Of a stretch of 64,000 nt of DNA, positions 40,346 to 49,849 are shown in pieces. The position numbers and the translations under genes were made by a program. This stretch comes from Thermoanaerobaculia bacterium (lineage in GTDB: Bacteria > Acidobacteriota > Thermoanaerobaculia > UBA5066): contig CAWFJJ010000001.1 in NCBI GenBank assembly GCA_963816185.1, positions 128,001 to 192,000 of the forward strand, written 5' to 3'. Position 1 is the stretch's first letter; each line of letters begins with the position of its first letter. A model generated the notes under the pieces. The model saw only the letters and a program-made list of their open reading frames with translations. It was not told the origin of the DNA and did no database searches.

Positions 40346-41349
40346 GCGCGCAGGCGGGAGCTTACCGCGTTCGGAAGATTCCGGCAGGCCCCGGCCGAGA
40401 CCGTGGCGAGGACGCCCGTGACCCAGCACAGGGCGCCCCCGGCGAGATGGGCGGCCGTCAGGGGCGGCGCTTTTTTCGACCAGATGGAAAGGGCGCCGAG
40501 GAGGATCTGGATCGCGACGAGGCCGGTCCATGTCGCGGCGAATCCGGCGAAAACACCGCTCACCGCCGAGAGTCGTGAGAGCGCGCGCACGGCAGCGAGG
40601 ACGAGAACGAGAACGACGACGGCTCCGATCCTGTGCGCGAGGTGGAGGCCTACGCCGCGGCGATGGAGCTCATCCGCGGAGGGCCAGAGGCCGCCGAAGA
40701 CGGTTGGGAAATCCGGGATCGCGAGGCCGGCCCCCGTGTGCCGCATGACCGCACCGAGGACGATCTGGACGTAGATCGCCGCGGTGGCGACCAGCGTCCA
40801 TTGGAAAGCAGACGAGAGGTTTTTCTGCTGATATTCGGCGGCTGCATTTGCAGCCGTCGATAGCGTCAGATCATTCCACGTCTTCGAGCACATGAGCGCC
40901 ACTACCGCAGTGAGGGCGAAGACGATCTCGGCGAGGGCGGCGTGTGCAGACGAGATCGCCGGAGGCAGAAGAAACAGCACCGTGAGGCCGCCCAGGAGGG
41001 CCTGCAGCAAAATCGCTCCAAACGCGACGGCGGCGAGGACCTTGACCGCTTTCCTGCCTTCTAAGAAAAAAAGAAACGCGCCCAGCTCCAGACCCACCAA
41101 TGTGGAGACAGCCGCCGCGATGAGCCGATGGCCGTGCTCATAGAGGATGCCGCCGACCATCGGCGGCATGAGCTTGCCGTACGAGAGCGGCCAGTCCGGG
41201 ACGGCGAGACCCGACCCGGTGGACGTGACGAGCGCGCCCGCGACGAGGAGCAGGAAGACTCCAAGCGCGACGACGCGCGTTCCGATCCTCAGAATTCCGG
41301 CGTTCCGCGCCGCGTGTGCGTCCCTGTCCTTCGTCCTGTCCGCGCTCAT
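40342..41349 (-). CDS. ctaA: Heme A synthase (COX15/CtaA family)
   Basis: GLAVPDWP, EHGHRL, SSAH, HLAHRIG, AAHL. Confidence 0.85.
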   Translation of the reverse strand: MSADRTKDRDAHAARNAGILRIGTRVVALGVFLLLVAGALVTSTGSGLAVPDWPLSYGKLMPPMVGGILYEHGHRLIAAAVSTLVGLELGAFLFFLEGRKAVKVLAAVAFGAILLQALLGGLTVLFLLPPAISSAHAALAEIVFALTAVVALMCSKTWNDLTLSTAANAAAEYQQKNLSSAFQWTLVATAAIYVQIVLGAVMRHTGAGLAIPDFPTVFGGLWPSADELHRRGVGLHLAHRIGAVVVLVLVLAAVRALSRLSAVSGVFAGFAATWTGLVAIQILLGALSIWSKKAPPLTAAHLAGGALCWVTGVLATVSAGACRNLPNAVSSRLRA

Positions 41350-41362
41350 CCCGTCTGGGAAA

Positions 41363-42208
41363 TCAGGCTCCGGCCTTGAACGTGAACGCGAGCGGCTTGG
41401 ACTCGGTCGCGCCGACCGTGACCTGTTGCGTCTGGGTGCCGAGCTTCTCGTGCCACGCCTCGATCGTGTACGTACCGGCCGGCAGGTTCTTGATCGCGTA
41501 GGTGCCATCCGCCGCCGTGACCGCGAAGAACGGGTGCGCGACGACGCCGCAATAGGCGGACATCCAGCCGTGCACGTCGCACTTGATGTGGATCATGACC
41601 TCGGGCTTGTCGAATTTCTTCGTGTACTTCATCCCCTTGACGGGCATCCCGAGGTTGAAGGACTCGTTCTTCTCCGGAAGGGAATGGATGTTGTGAAGCG
41701 TGTCGTCGCTGTTCAGGATGTCGAGGCTCTGGCCCGCGACCATGCCGAAAACGTGCGGATGGTACGTGCAGCCCCTCTGGTCGATGACGGCCGCGGCGGC
41801 GGGCGGAGGATACGTTCCGGAGATGCCCGACTTCACGTACACGAATACATTCGCGAGACCCTTGTCGGGGCCGACGACGATCTCTTCCTTCGCCACTTCG
41901 CCCGGGTGCTGCTTCGCGCAGAACGCGTCGGCAGACATCTTGAACTTCTCGGGCGGCGGCACCGCCCCTTCGAAGACGATCTTGCCGGTGATCGAGGCCG
42001 AGCCCGTGGCGCCGGCGGCGGGGCCGGCGGCGGATGAGGCCGGAGCCGCCGGAGCGGCGGCGCCCTCCGTCGCGGCGCCCTTGGCCCGCGCGGACTTGGG
42101 CTGGTCCTCGTCCTCGTCCTTGCCGCCGCACCCGGCGGCGAGAACGGCCGCGAGCGCGGTGACGGCGCAGACGGAGACGAAGCGGAAGCGGATTGCGGAA
42201 CCGGACAT
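41363..42208 (-). CDS. Lipoprotein with cupredoxin-like fold and carboxypeptidase-regulatory-like domain
   Basis: Lipobox LAAGC, DQRGC.Y.PHV, HNIH, CDVHGWM; SD GGAGG. Confidence 0.75.
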   Translation of the reverse strand: MSGSAIRFRFVSVCAVTALAAVLAAGCGGKDEDEDQPKSARAKGAATEGAAAPAAPASSAAGPAAGATGSASITGKIVFEGAVPPPEKFKMSADAFCAKQHPGEVAKEEIVVGPDKGLANVFVYVKSGISGTYPPPAAAAVIDQRGCTYHPHVFGMVAGQSLDILNSDDTLHNIHSLPEKNESFNLGMPVKGMKYTKKFDKPEVMIHIKCDVHGWMSAYCGVVAHPFFAVTAADGTYAIKNLPAGTYTIEAWHEKLGTQTQQVTVGATESKPLAFTFKAGA

Positions 42209-42283
42209 GCGGACCTCCTCGACGGTCGATTTCCTTATCATGTTCCCCCGGAACGAGGGAAATCGATGATAGACAATCGTCCG

Positions 42284-43390
42284 ATGCGCGTCGAATTCGC
42301 GGTACTCCGGCACGTCGAGATGCCCCTCAAGTTCCGTTTCCGCACGTCCTTCGGGGAGACGGGCGTGAAGAAGTTCCTCCTCCTCGAGGTCCGCGCCGAC
42401 GGCCTTTCCGGATGGGGCGAGTGCGTCGCCGAGGAAGGGCCGTTCTATTCGCCCGAGACGATCTCCACGGCGTCCTCGATCCTCACGGCGTTCCTGCTGC
42501 CGCTCGTTCTCGGCAAGTCCGTCGCGTCTCCCGAGGAGTTCGAGCGTCTCTCCTCGCGCATCCGCGGGAACCGGATGGCGAAAGGCGCCGTCGAGTGCGC
42601 GCTCCGTGACCTGTTCGCGAAGGCGGCCGGCGTCCCCCTGGGGAAGTCGCTCGGGGGCTCGCGCGAGAAGATCGAGGTCGGTGTCTCGCTCGGCATCTCG
42701 CCGACGCCGGCGGAGACCGTCGAGAACGTGAGGAAGCACGTCGAGCAGGGCTATCGCCGCATCAAGCTGAAGATCGAGCCGGGCTCGGATCAGGACCGGC
42801 TCTCCGCCGTGCGCGCCGCGTTCCCGGACATCACGCTCACGGTCGACGCGAACGCCGCCTATACGCCCGCGCAGGCGGACATGCTGCGCGCCCTCGACGC
42901 GTTCCGGCTCGACTACATGGAGCAGCCTCTGCACCACGAGGACCTCGTCGCGCACGCCGAGCTCGCGAGAACGCTGAAGACGCCGATCTGCCTCGACGAG
43001 TCGATCCGCTCGGCCGCCGACGCGAGGGCCGCGATCCAGCTCGGCGCCTGTAAGGTCCTCAACGTCAAGATCGGCCGCGTCGGCGGGCACGGCGAAGCCG
43101 TGCGGATTCACGACGCCGCGCGAGCCGCAGGCGTGCCGGTGTGGTGCGGGGGCATGCTCGAGGCCGGAATCGGTCGCGCCCACAACGTCGCGATCGCGAG
43201 CCTGCCGGGCTTTTCGAAGCCGGGCGACACGTCATCCTCGTCCCGCTACTTCGAGGAGGACATCGTGGCACCCCCGCTCGAAGCCACGGACGGGCTCATG
43301 CCCGTGCCGAAGGGGCCGGGCATCGGGGTCGCGATCCGGCCGGAGATCCTCTCCCGTGTCACGACGGGAATCCAGGAGCTTCGCGCGTGA
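42284..43390 (+). CDS. menC: o-succinylbenzoate synthase / N-succinylamino acid racemase (NSAR/OSBS subfamily)
   Basis: FRTSFG, KLK, DAN, EQP, DES, KIGRVGG, WCGGMLE, PGDTS. Confidence 0.88.
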   Translation: MRVEFAVLRHVEMPLKFRFRTSFGETGVKKFLLLEVRADGLSGWGECVAEEGPFYSPETISTASSILTAFLLPLVLGKSVASPEEFERLSSRIRGNRMAKGAVECALRDLFAKAAGVPLGKSLGGSREKIEVGVSLGISPTPAETVENVRKHVEQGYRRIKLKIEPGSDQDRLSAVRAAFPDITLTVDANAAYTPAQADMLRALDAFRLDYMEQPLHHEDLVAHAELARTLKTPICLDESIRSAADARAAIQLGACKVLNVKIGRVGGHGEAVRIHDAARAAGVPVWCGGMLEAGIGRAHNVAIASLPGFSKPGDTSSSSRYFEEDIVAPPLEATDGLMPVPKGPGIGVAIRPEILSRVTTGIQELRA

Positions 43391-44529
43391 GCGCGCGCGT
43401 CCGCGACCTCGCCGCGCTGTTTGCCGCGCGTCAGAAGTCGATGCTGTCCGACCTCGAGGCCCTCGTCGTGCGGGAGAGCCCGTCCGGCGAGCCCGCCCTG
43501 GTCGGCACCCTCACGCGCTGGATCGCGGCGCGCCTCGAAGAGGCTGGAATTCCGGCTTCGGGTGTTCCGTGCGCGGGTCGCGGCGACGCCCTGCTCGCGC
43601 GCGCCGGCCCCGAGCGCGGGGGCACTCTTCTGCTCGGCCATCTCGACACGGTCTGGCCCGCCGGCACGCTGAAAGGGATTCCGTTTCGCGTCGAGGCCGG
43701 CGTCGCGCGGGGGCCGGGCGTCTTCGACATGAAGGGGGGCATCGCCGTCGCCCTCGCCGTCCTCGAGGCCGTCGCGCATGGAGATGTGACTCCTGCCGGG
43801 GGCTTCACGCTCCTCCTGACGCCGGACGAGGAGGTCGGGACACACGCTTCGCGCGACCTCCTCGTCGCCGAGGCCCTGAAGCGCGACCGGGTGTTCGTCC
43901 TCGAGCCGTCGGGCGAGGGCGGTGCCGCGAAGATCGCACGGAAGGGAGTCGGCCTCGTGGCGGTCCGCTTTTCCGGCGTGGCCGCGCACGCGGGGCTCGA
44001 GCCCGAGAAGGGGGCTTCGGCCCTCCTCGAGATGGCGCGGTTCGCGCTGTATGCCGACGCGCTCGCAGACCTTCCGTCGGGCACCTCGGTCGTGCCGACG
44101 GTCGCGGCGTCGGGCACGGTGACGAACGTCGTGCCCGAGAGCGCCTCGCTCTCGGTGGATTTCCGGCTCTGGACCCAGGCCGAGGGAGAGCGCGTCCTCG
44201 CGGGACTTCGCGCGTACCGTCCGGGGGACTCGCGGGTAGAGGTCACACTCGACGGCGGCGTCAACCGTCCGCCCATGGAGGCGACCGAAGCGTCACTCGC
44301 GCTCCACAGGCGCGCCGCGGCGCTCGCGAAGACGCTCGGTTTCGACCTCGGGGCGGTGCGCGTCGGCGGAGGTTCCGACGGGAATCTCACGGCCTCCGCG
44401 GGCGTCCCGACGCTGGACGGCCTCGGGCCTTCGGGCGCCGGCGCGCACGCCCGCACGGAGCATCTCCTCGTGGAGGATCTTCCCCGGCGCGCGGCTCTCC
44501 TCGCGGGTCTCCTCGAGGATGCGGCGTGA
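43387..44529 (+). CDS. M20 metallopeptidase (carboxypeptidase G2-like)
   Basis: GHLDTV, GVFDMKGG, DEEVG, EPS, GGGSDGN, GAHA..E. Confidence 0.9.
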   Translation: MSARVRDLAALFAARQKSMLSDLEALVVRESPSGEPALVGTLTRWIAARLEEAGIPASGVPCAGRGDALLARAGPERGGTLLLGHLDTVWPAGTLKGIPFRVEAGVARGPGVFDMKGGIAVALAVLEAVAHGDVTPAGGFTLLLTPDEEVGTHASRDLLVAEALKRDRVFVLEPSGEGGAAKIARKGVGLVAVRFSGVAAHAGLEPEKGASALLEMARFALYADALADLPSGTSVVPTVAASGTVTNVVPESASLSVDFRLWTQAEGERVLAGLRAYRPGDSRVEVTLDGGVNRPPMEATEASLALHRRAAALAKTLGFDLGAVRVGGGSDGNLTASAGVPTLDGLGPSGAGAHARTEHLLVEDLPRRAALLAGLLEDAA

Positions 44530-45305
44530 GCGGACGCCTCGTGGTCCGGGAGCTCAGGACCCCGGAGGAATTCATCGAGACGGCGCACGTCTCGAAGGCC
44601 GCGTGGGGATTCGCCGAACGTTTCCTCTCGCCCGCGAGCGACCTCGTCGCGGCCACGCACGCAGGCGGTCTCACGGCCGCTGCGTTCGAGGGGAAGAAGA
44701 TGCTCGGCTTCGTGCACGGCATCCCGCGCACGAACGTGGGCGAGCCGTGCCAGCATTCGCACCTCCTCGCCGTCCGGCCCGATGCGCAAGGGCGCGGGCT
44801 CGGCGCGACGCTCAAGCTCTTCCAGCGGGCGTGGTGCCTCGAGCGTGGGATCCGGCTCGTGACCTGGACCTACGACCCGTTCCTGCTGAAGAACGCGAAG
44901 CTGAACATCGCGCGGCTGCGCGCGACGGTGCGGACCCTCCTGCCGGATTTCTACGGCCACATGGGCGGCATCTACGCCGGCCTGCCGACGGACCGGTTCG
45001 AGGTGAACTGGCGCCTCGACGATCCGCTCGTCGAGAGCGCGGCGCGGGGCGAGGAGCCGCCTCCGGACGGCACGGCCGGCGCGCCGGCGGTGACCCGGCC
45101 AGGGCAGATTCCCGAAGCAAGGCGGGTTCTCCTTCCGTTCCTCGCGGACGCGCCCCGCGTCTATCGCACCGATCCGAAGCGGAGCCTCGCCGCGCGCAGG
45201 AAGTTCCGGAGGCTGGCCCTGGCCCTGTTCGCGGCGGGCTACGAGGTCACGGACGTGACGGCCCGGGACGGCGAGCCCGCGTACGTCCTCGACCGGGCCG
45301 GGTGA
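44526..45305 (+). CDS. GNAT acyltransferase (putative amino-acid N-succinyltransferase)
   Basis: HSHLLAV, QGRGLG..LKLFQR, WTYDP...NA.LNI, TDRF...W. Confidence 0.8.
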   Translation: MSGRLVVRELRTPEEFIETAHVSKAAWGFAERFLSPASDLVAATHAGGLTAAAFEGKKMLGFVHGIPRTNVGEPCQHSHLLAVRPDAQGRGLGATLKLFQRAWCLERGIRLVTWTYDPFLLKNAKLNIARLRATVRTLLPDFYGHMGGIYAGLPTDRFEVNWRLDDPLVESAARGEEPPPDGTAGAPAVTRPGQIPEARRVLLPFLADAPRVYRTDPKRSLAARRKFRRLALALFAAGYEVTDVTARDGEPAYVLDRAG

Positions 45306-45331
45306 TAGAGTTTTCGACCAGGAGGACGACG

Positions 45332-45619
45332 ATGAAGAAGATTCTTCGAGTGCTGGTTCCCGCTGCCTTTCTGCTGCTCGCTCCCGTCTTCGCGCAGGCG
45401 GCCGTCGACGACTTCCAGGTGACCGGAAACGTCACGGAGAAGACCGCCGACTCGATCACGGTCATGAAGGGCAAGGAGCGCTTCCAGATCGCGATCGACA
45501 AGGACACGAAGATGACCGGCGACGTGAAGGTCGGCGGCAAGGTCACGATCAAGTACAAGATGCACGCGAGCTCGATCGAGGCGAAGGAAGCGGCGGCGAA
45601 GCCTGCCAAGAAGAAATAA
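45332..45619 (+). CDS. Small secreted OB-fold-like protein
   Basis: SD GGAGG, signal peptide ...AQA, QVTG.V...ITV.KG, VKVG.KVTIKY. Confidence 0.75.
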   Translation: MKKILRVLVPAAFLLLAPVFAQAAVDDFQVTGNVTEKTADSITVMKGKERFQIAIDKDTKMTGDVKVGGKVTIKYKMHASSIEAKEAAAKPAKKK

Positions 45620-45689
45620 AGAAGGAAGCGACGAGCCGGCGCGCCAGCCCTCTTTACCTTCTAAGAAAGAATTTCTTTCTTTCTCTTTC

Positions 45690-46772
45690 TCAGGCTTTCG
45701 CCAGCTCTTCCTTCAGCTTCTCGGCTTGGAAGTGCGCGACGAGCGGGTCGATCAGCTCGTCGAGGCGTCCGTCGAGAATTTCCGGGAGCCGGTGTGACGT
45801 GAAGGCGATGCGATGGTCCGTCACCCGGCTCTGGGGAAAGTTGTACGTCCGGATCTTCTCGGAGCGGTCGCCCGAGCCCACCATCTTCTTGCGGTCGGCG
45901 GCGTAAGCGGCTTCCTTCTTCGCACGCTCCGCCTCGTAGATGCGCGCCTTGAGGACACGCATCGCCTTCGCCTTGTTCTTGATCTGCGAGCGCTCGTCCT
46001 GACACTGCACGACGACGCCGGTGGGGACGTGCGTGAGGCGCACCGCCGAGTACGTCGTGTTGACGCCCTGCCCGCCCGGCCCGGACGCGCAGAAGAGATC
46101 CACCCGGACGTCCTTGTCCAGGATCGAAACGTCCACGTCCTCCGCCTCGGGCAGGACGGCGACCGTGGCCGCGGAGGTGTGGATGCGCCCGGCGGCCTCC
46201 GTGGCCGGAACGCGCTGCACGCGGTGAACGCCGCCCTCATACTTGAGACGCGAGTAGGCGCCTTCGCCCTCGACGATGGCCTCGACCTCCTTGAGGCCGC
46301 CGGCGCCGCCGGAGTCGCTGCGGTCGATGATCTCGACTTTCCAGCCGCGGCTTTCGGCGTAACGCACGTACATCCTCAGGAGCTCCTCGGCGAAAAGGGC
46401 AGCCTCGTCGCCACCGGTCCCCGCCCGGATCTCGAGGACGACGTTCTTGCCGTCGTTCGGGTCCTTGGGCAGAAGGAGAAGGCGAATCTCCTCCTCGATC
46501 GCGGTACAACGCGCCCTCAGGCTCTCGAGCTCCTGCTGCGCGATGGGCCGCAGCTCGTCCGCGGGCGGAAGCGTGTCGAGAAGCTCCTGGGCTCCGGCGA
46601 GCTGCACGTCGATCCTCTTCCGCTCGCGGTTCTTCTCGACGATCGGCAGGATCTCGCGCATCGCCCGCATCGTCTTCGTCGCGAGGGCGTGGTCGGCGAG
46701 CACCTCGGGCGAGGCCGCGCGGGCTTCGAGATCGGCGTAGCGGCGTTCGATCTCGTCGAGTCTTTGAAACAT
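45690..46772 (-). CDS. prfA: Peptide chain release factor 1
   Basis: GTGGDEA, PAT anticodon motif, GGQ, RTYNFPQ. Confidence 0.97.
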   Translation of the reverse strand: MFQRLDEIERRYADLEARAASPEVLADHALATKTMRAMREILPIVEKNRERKRIDVQLAGAQELLDTLPPADELRPIAQQELESLRARCTAIEEEIRLLLLPKDPNDGKNVVLEIRAGTGGDEAALFAEELLRMYVRYAESRGWKVEIIDRSDSGGAGGLKEVEAIVEGEGAYSRLKYEGGVHRVQRVPATEAAGRIHTSAATVAVLPEAEDVDVSILDKDVRVDLFCASGPGGQGVNTTYSAVRLTHVPTGVVVQCQDERSQIKNKAKAMRVLKARIYEAERAKKEAAYAADRKKMVGSGDRSEKIRTYNFPQSRVTDHRIAFTSHRLPEILDGRLDELIDPLVAHFQAEKLKEELAKA

Positions 46773-46810
46773 GGGAGGCGGACGCGGGCGGCCCGGGAGG
46801 ACCGCCGCGA

Positions 46811-47074
46811 TCAGGCGGTCGTCGGGACGGCGGGCTTGGCGGGCTTCTCTTTGGCCGCGGCGGCCGCGGCCTTGGGCGTGTTCGCGTAACGCTTCTGGAA
46901 ACGCTCGACGCGGCCGGCCGTGTCGACGAGCTTCGATTTGCCCGTGAAGAACGGGTGGCAATTCGAGCAGATCTCGAGGCGGAGCTCGGTCTTCGTGCTT
47001 TTCGTCTTCCACGTGTTTCCGCACGCGCAATGCACGGTCACGTCGTGGTAGGCGGGGTGGATCTTCTCTTTCAT
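46811..47074 (-). CDS. rpmE: 50S ribosomal protein L31 (zinc-binding type)
   Basis: [24 protein letters not shown]. Confidence 0.97.
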   Translation of the reverse strand: MKEKIHPAYHDVTVHCACGNTWKTKSTKTELRLEICSNCHPFFTGKSKLVDTAGRVERFQKRYANTPKAAAAAAKEKPAKPAVPTTA

Positions 47075-47190
47075 CTCGGGGCTCCCTTCACGGCTCCGCC
47101 GCGTGTGAGCGGCGCCGGAACCGCGAAGAATAACATGGGCCTGCCGTACGGGGAACCCCCAGAACCGATTGTCCTTGCTAGACTTCGCGC

Positions 47191-48853
47191 GTGCTCGTTC
47201 TCAACGTGCGCGTGCCCGGAGAGCCGGCGCGCCGCATCCGGCTCGACCGCCCGGTCCTGACGCTCGGCCGCTCCTCCACGAACGACGTCCCCCTCGGGGA
47301 TCGGACGCTCTCGCGCGTGCACGCACGAATCGAGGGCGTCCTCGACGGCGGGCCGATCCGTCTCGTGGACCTCGGATCGCGGAACGGCACGTCCCTGAAC
47401 GGCTCGCGCATCACGGAGCCGACGCCGCTTTCGGCCGGGGACCGCATCCAGCTCGGCGAGACGCTCGTGGAGATCATCGAGGAATCCACGACCCGCGTCG
47501 TCATCGATCCCTTCGGGGAAGAGAGCTCCAAGAGAACGACGTTCCTGCAGTCCTCCAAGGATCTCCTGCGTCCGCACAAGCAGGAGCGGGACTCGAAGCT
47601 CGGGGCCGAGGAGCTCGCGCGCCTGAACGCGTCGCTCCGGATGCTCAACGAGATCTCCGTCGAGCTTCTCGGCGATATCCCGTTGAACCGCCTGCTCGAG
47701 CTGATCCTCGAAAAGACCTTCACGTTCCTGCAGCCCGACCGCGGTCTCCTGATGCTCGCGGACGAGCACGGGGAGCTGAAACCGGAGAAGGTGAAGTATG
47801 CCCCGGGCGTCGACCCGTCCGACATCCGGCTCAGCAAGACGCTCATCCAGTCGGTGGTGGAAAAGAAGAACGGCGTCCTCCTGATCGACGCGGCGACGGA
47901 CGCCGGTCTCGGCGCCGCCGAGTCGATCCGGATCCAGGGCATCACGTCCTGCATGGCGGCCCCTCTTTTCGTCGAGGACAGGGTCATCGGACTCATCTAC
48001 CTCGAGGTGCGGCTCGGGCGGAAGAGCTTCAGCGAGGAGGACCTGCGCCTCCTGACCTCCCTCGCGAACACGTCCGCCATCAAGATCCAGAATCTGCGCC
48101 TGCAGGAAGGCGCCGCGGCCCGGAAGCGCATCGAGAGCCGAGATGGCTCTCGCGTGGGACATCCAGCGGCGCCTGCTGCCGGAAGCCGAGCCCATCCTGC
48201 CGCACACGGAGCTCCTCGGCCGGACGGTTCCGGCGAGCACGGTCTCGGGGGACTATTACGACTTCTTCGAGCGGGGGGACAAGTCGCTCGACGTCGTCGT
48301 CGCGGACGTGAGCGGAAAAGGCATGGGCGCCTCGATTCTCGCGGCCTCGGTGCAGGCCGCGTTCCAGGCGTGGGCCGGAGAGCACTTCCCGCCGGATCGG
48401 CTCTGCTCGCGGCTCAACGAGATGGTCTTCCGGCGCACGAGCCCGGAGAAGTTCATCACGTTCTTCCTCGCGCTCTACGATCCCGAGTCGGGCTCCGTCG
48501 TGTTCACGAACGCGGGTCACAACCCGGGCATTCTCGTGCGGGCCGGCGGCGCCACGGAGCTGCTCGGCGCCCACGGGCCTCCGCTCGGGCTCTTTCCGGG
48601 AAAGACCTACGGTTCGGGGACCTTCACGCTGGAGACGGGCGACGTCCTCGCCCTCTACACCGACGGCGTGACGGAGGCCGCGAATCCCGAGGACGAGGAA
48701 TTCGGGACGCCGCGCCTCGTCGAGACGCTCGTGAGGGCGCGCCGGGGCTCAGTCGCGCAGATCGAAGCCGAGGTCGGCGCGGCTCTCACGGCGTTTACCG
48801 CCGGCACGCCTTTCGGCGATGACCGGACGTTCGTCGTACTGAAGCGAACCTAG
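47191..48853 (+). CDS. FHA-GAF-SpoIIE (PP2C) phosphatase; frameshift near 48135
   Basis: FHA ([17 protein letters not shown]), GAF, SGDYYD, ADVSGKG, YTDGVTE, DDRT. Confidence 0.88.
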
Positions 48854-48902
48854 ACGAGAACCCGGACACCGGCGCCACGGGGCTCAATGCGCGGACGGAA
48901 TC

Positions 48903-49472
48903 TCAGCCGCCCTTCGGCTCCCCCATGAGTTCTCCTCGCTCGTTGTAATAGCACCGGCAGTTGCGGCGGAGCTCTCCGTTGAGCATGGTGCGGGCTCGGT
49001 GCAGCCTGATCTTGACGGTTCCCACGGAGAGGGAGAGGCGACGAGCGGTCTCCTCGCTCGTCAAATCCTCGAACTCGCTGAGGACGTATACGTCGTGGTA
49101 GCGGGGGGGAAGCTTTCGGACGTAGTCGAGGTAGCACGCGACCATCTCGTTCCGAACCGCGTTCTCCTCGGGCGTGCGCGAGCCGGGGTCCGGAAGGCGC
49201 GAAGAGGCGGTGTCTTCCTCGTCATTTCGCCACGCGGGCTCGGAGCGTTTTCGTCGGGCCGCATCCCGGACCGTGTTGAGGGTGATCGTGTAGATCCAGG
49301 ATGTCAGCTTCGAGGAGTCCGAGACCGTCGACAGGGACCGACGAATCTTGACGAAGACCTCCTGGGCGATGTCGTCGGCTTCGTTGCGGCCGAGCAGCTT
49401 GGCCGCATAAGCCACCACCTTGCCGTGGTAGGTCTCGTAGATCCGAGAGAGGTCGAGGGCCCCATCGCTCAC
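48903..49472 (-). CDS. ECF sigma factor with Cys-containing C-terminal tail
   Basis: ADDIAQEVF, SWIY.I..N, GTVKIRLHRAR, CRCYYNERGEL. Confidence 0.88.
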   Translation of the reverse strand: MSDGALDLSRIYETYHGKVVAYAAKLLGRNEADDIAQEVFVKIRRSLSTVSDSSKLTSWIYTITLNTVRDAARRKRSEPAWRNDEEDTASSRLPDPGSRTPEENAVRNEMVACYLDYVRKLPPRYHDVYVLSEFEDLTSEETARRLSLSVGTVKIRLHRARTMLNGELRRNCRCYYNERGELMGEPKGG

Positions 49473-49608
49473 CGGCGCTCCTCCACGGAACCGTCCCTCG
49501 AATTGTCCCACCGATGGACGATCCGCCGAGCGGCCGCGTATCTCACCCCCGCCCGTTTTCGTCTCGGGATGTGAAGTCGGGCCTCAGGGCCCTGAGGGGA
49601 GAGCAGCA

Positions 49609-49809
49609 ATGAGGAAGAACATCGGAAACGTCGAGCGCATCGTCCGGGTGGTTCTCGGGATCGTGGTGGTGTCACTGGCATTCGTGGGTCCCCGGTCGCC
49701 TTGGGCGTTGCTGGGGATCATTCCGATCGTGACGGGATTGATCGGCTATTGCCCACCGTACGCCCTTTTCGGCATCGACACCACGCGCCTCACGTATGGC
49801 AAGGGGTGA
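49609..49809 (+). CDS. DUF2892 (YgaP-like) membrane protein
   Basis: NIG.VERIVR, TGLIGYCPPY.LFG. Confidence 0.88.
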   Translation: MRKNIGNVERIVRVVLGIVVVSLAFVGPRSPWALLGIIPIVTGLIGYCPPYALFGIDTTRLTYGKG

Positions 49810-49849
49810 GTCCAAGATGGACTCGGTGCGTCAATCTCGCCGGAGGAAC

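Noticed and set aside
17181-40774. Very long alternative-frame or antisense ORFs (e.g. 18187-21510, 25407-28535, 28370-31972, 33404-37339)
   Set aside because: Arg/Pro/Gly-rich shadows of real genes, expected in high-GC DNA with few stop codons
17979-48853. Frameshifts in about 10 genes (CPBP, vapC45, beta-helix, SWIM, SNF2, hypothetical 28.5 kb, PAS-REC, ABC permease, SpoIIE) as programmed frameshifting or mass pseudogenisation
   Set aside because: Scattered 1-nt indels with no shared slippery site and no internal nonsense codons; better explained by long-read consensus error
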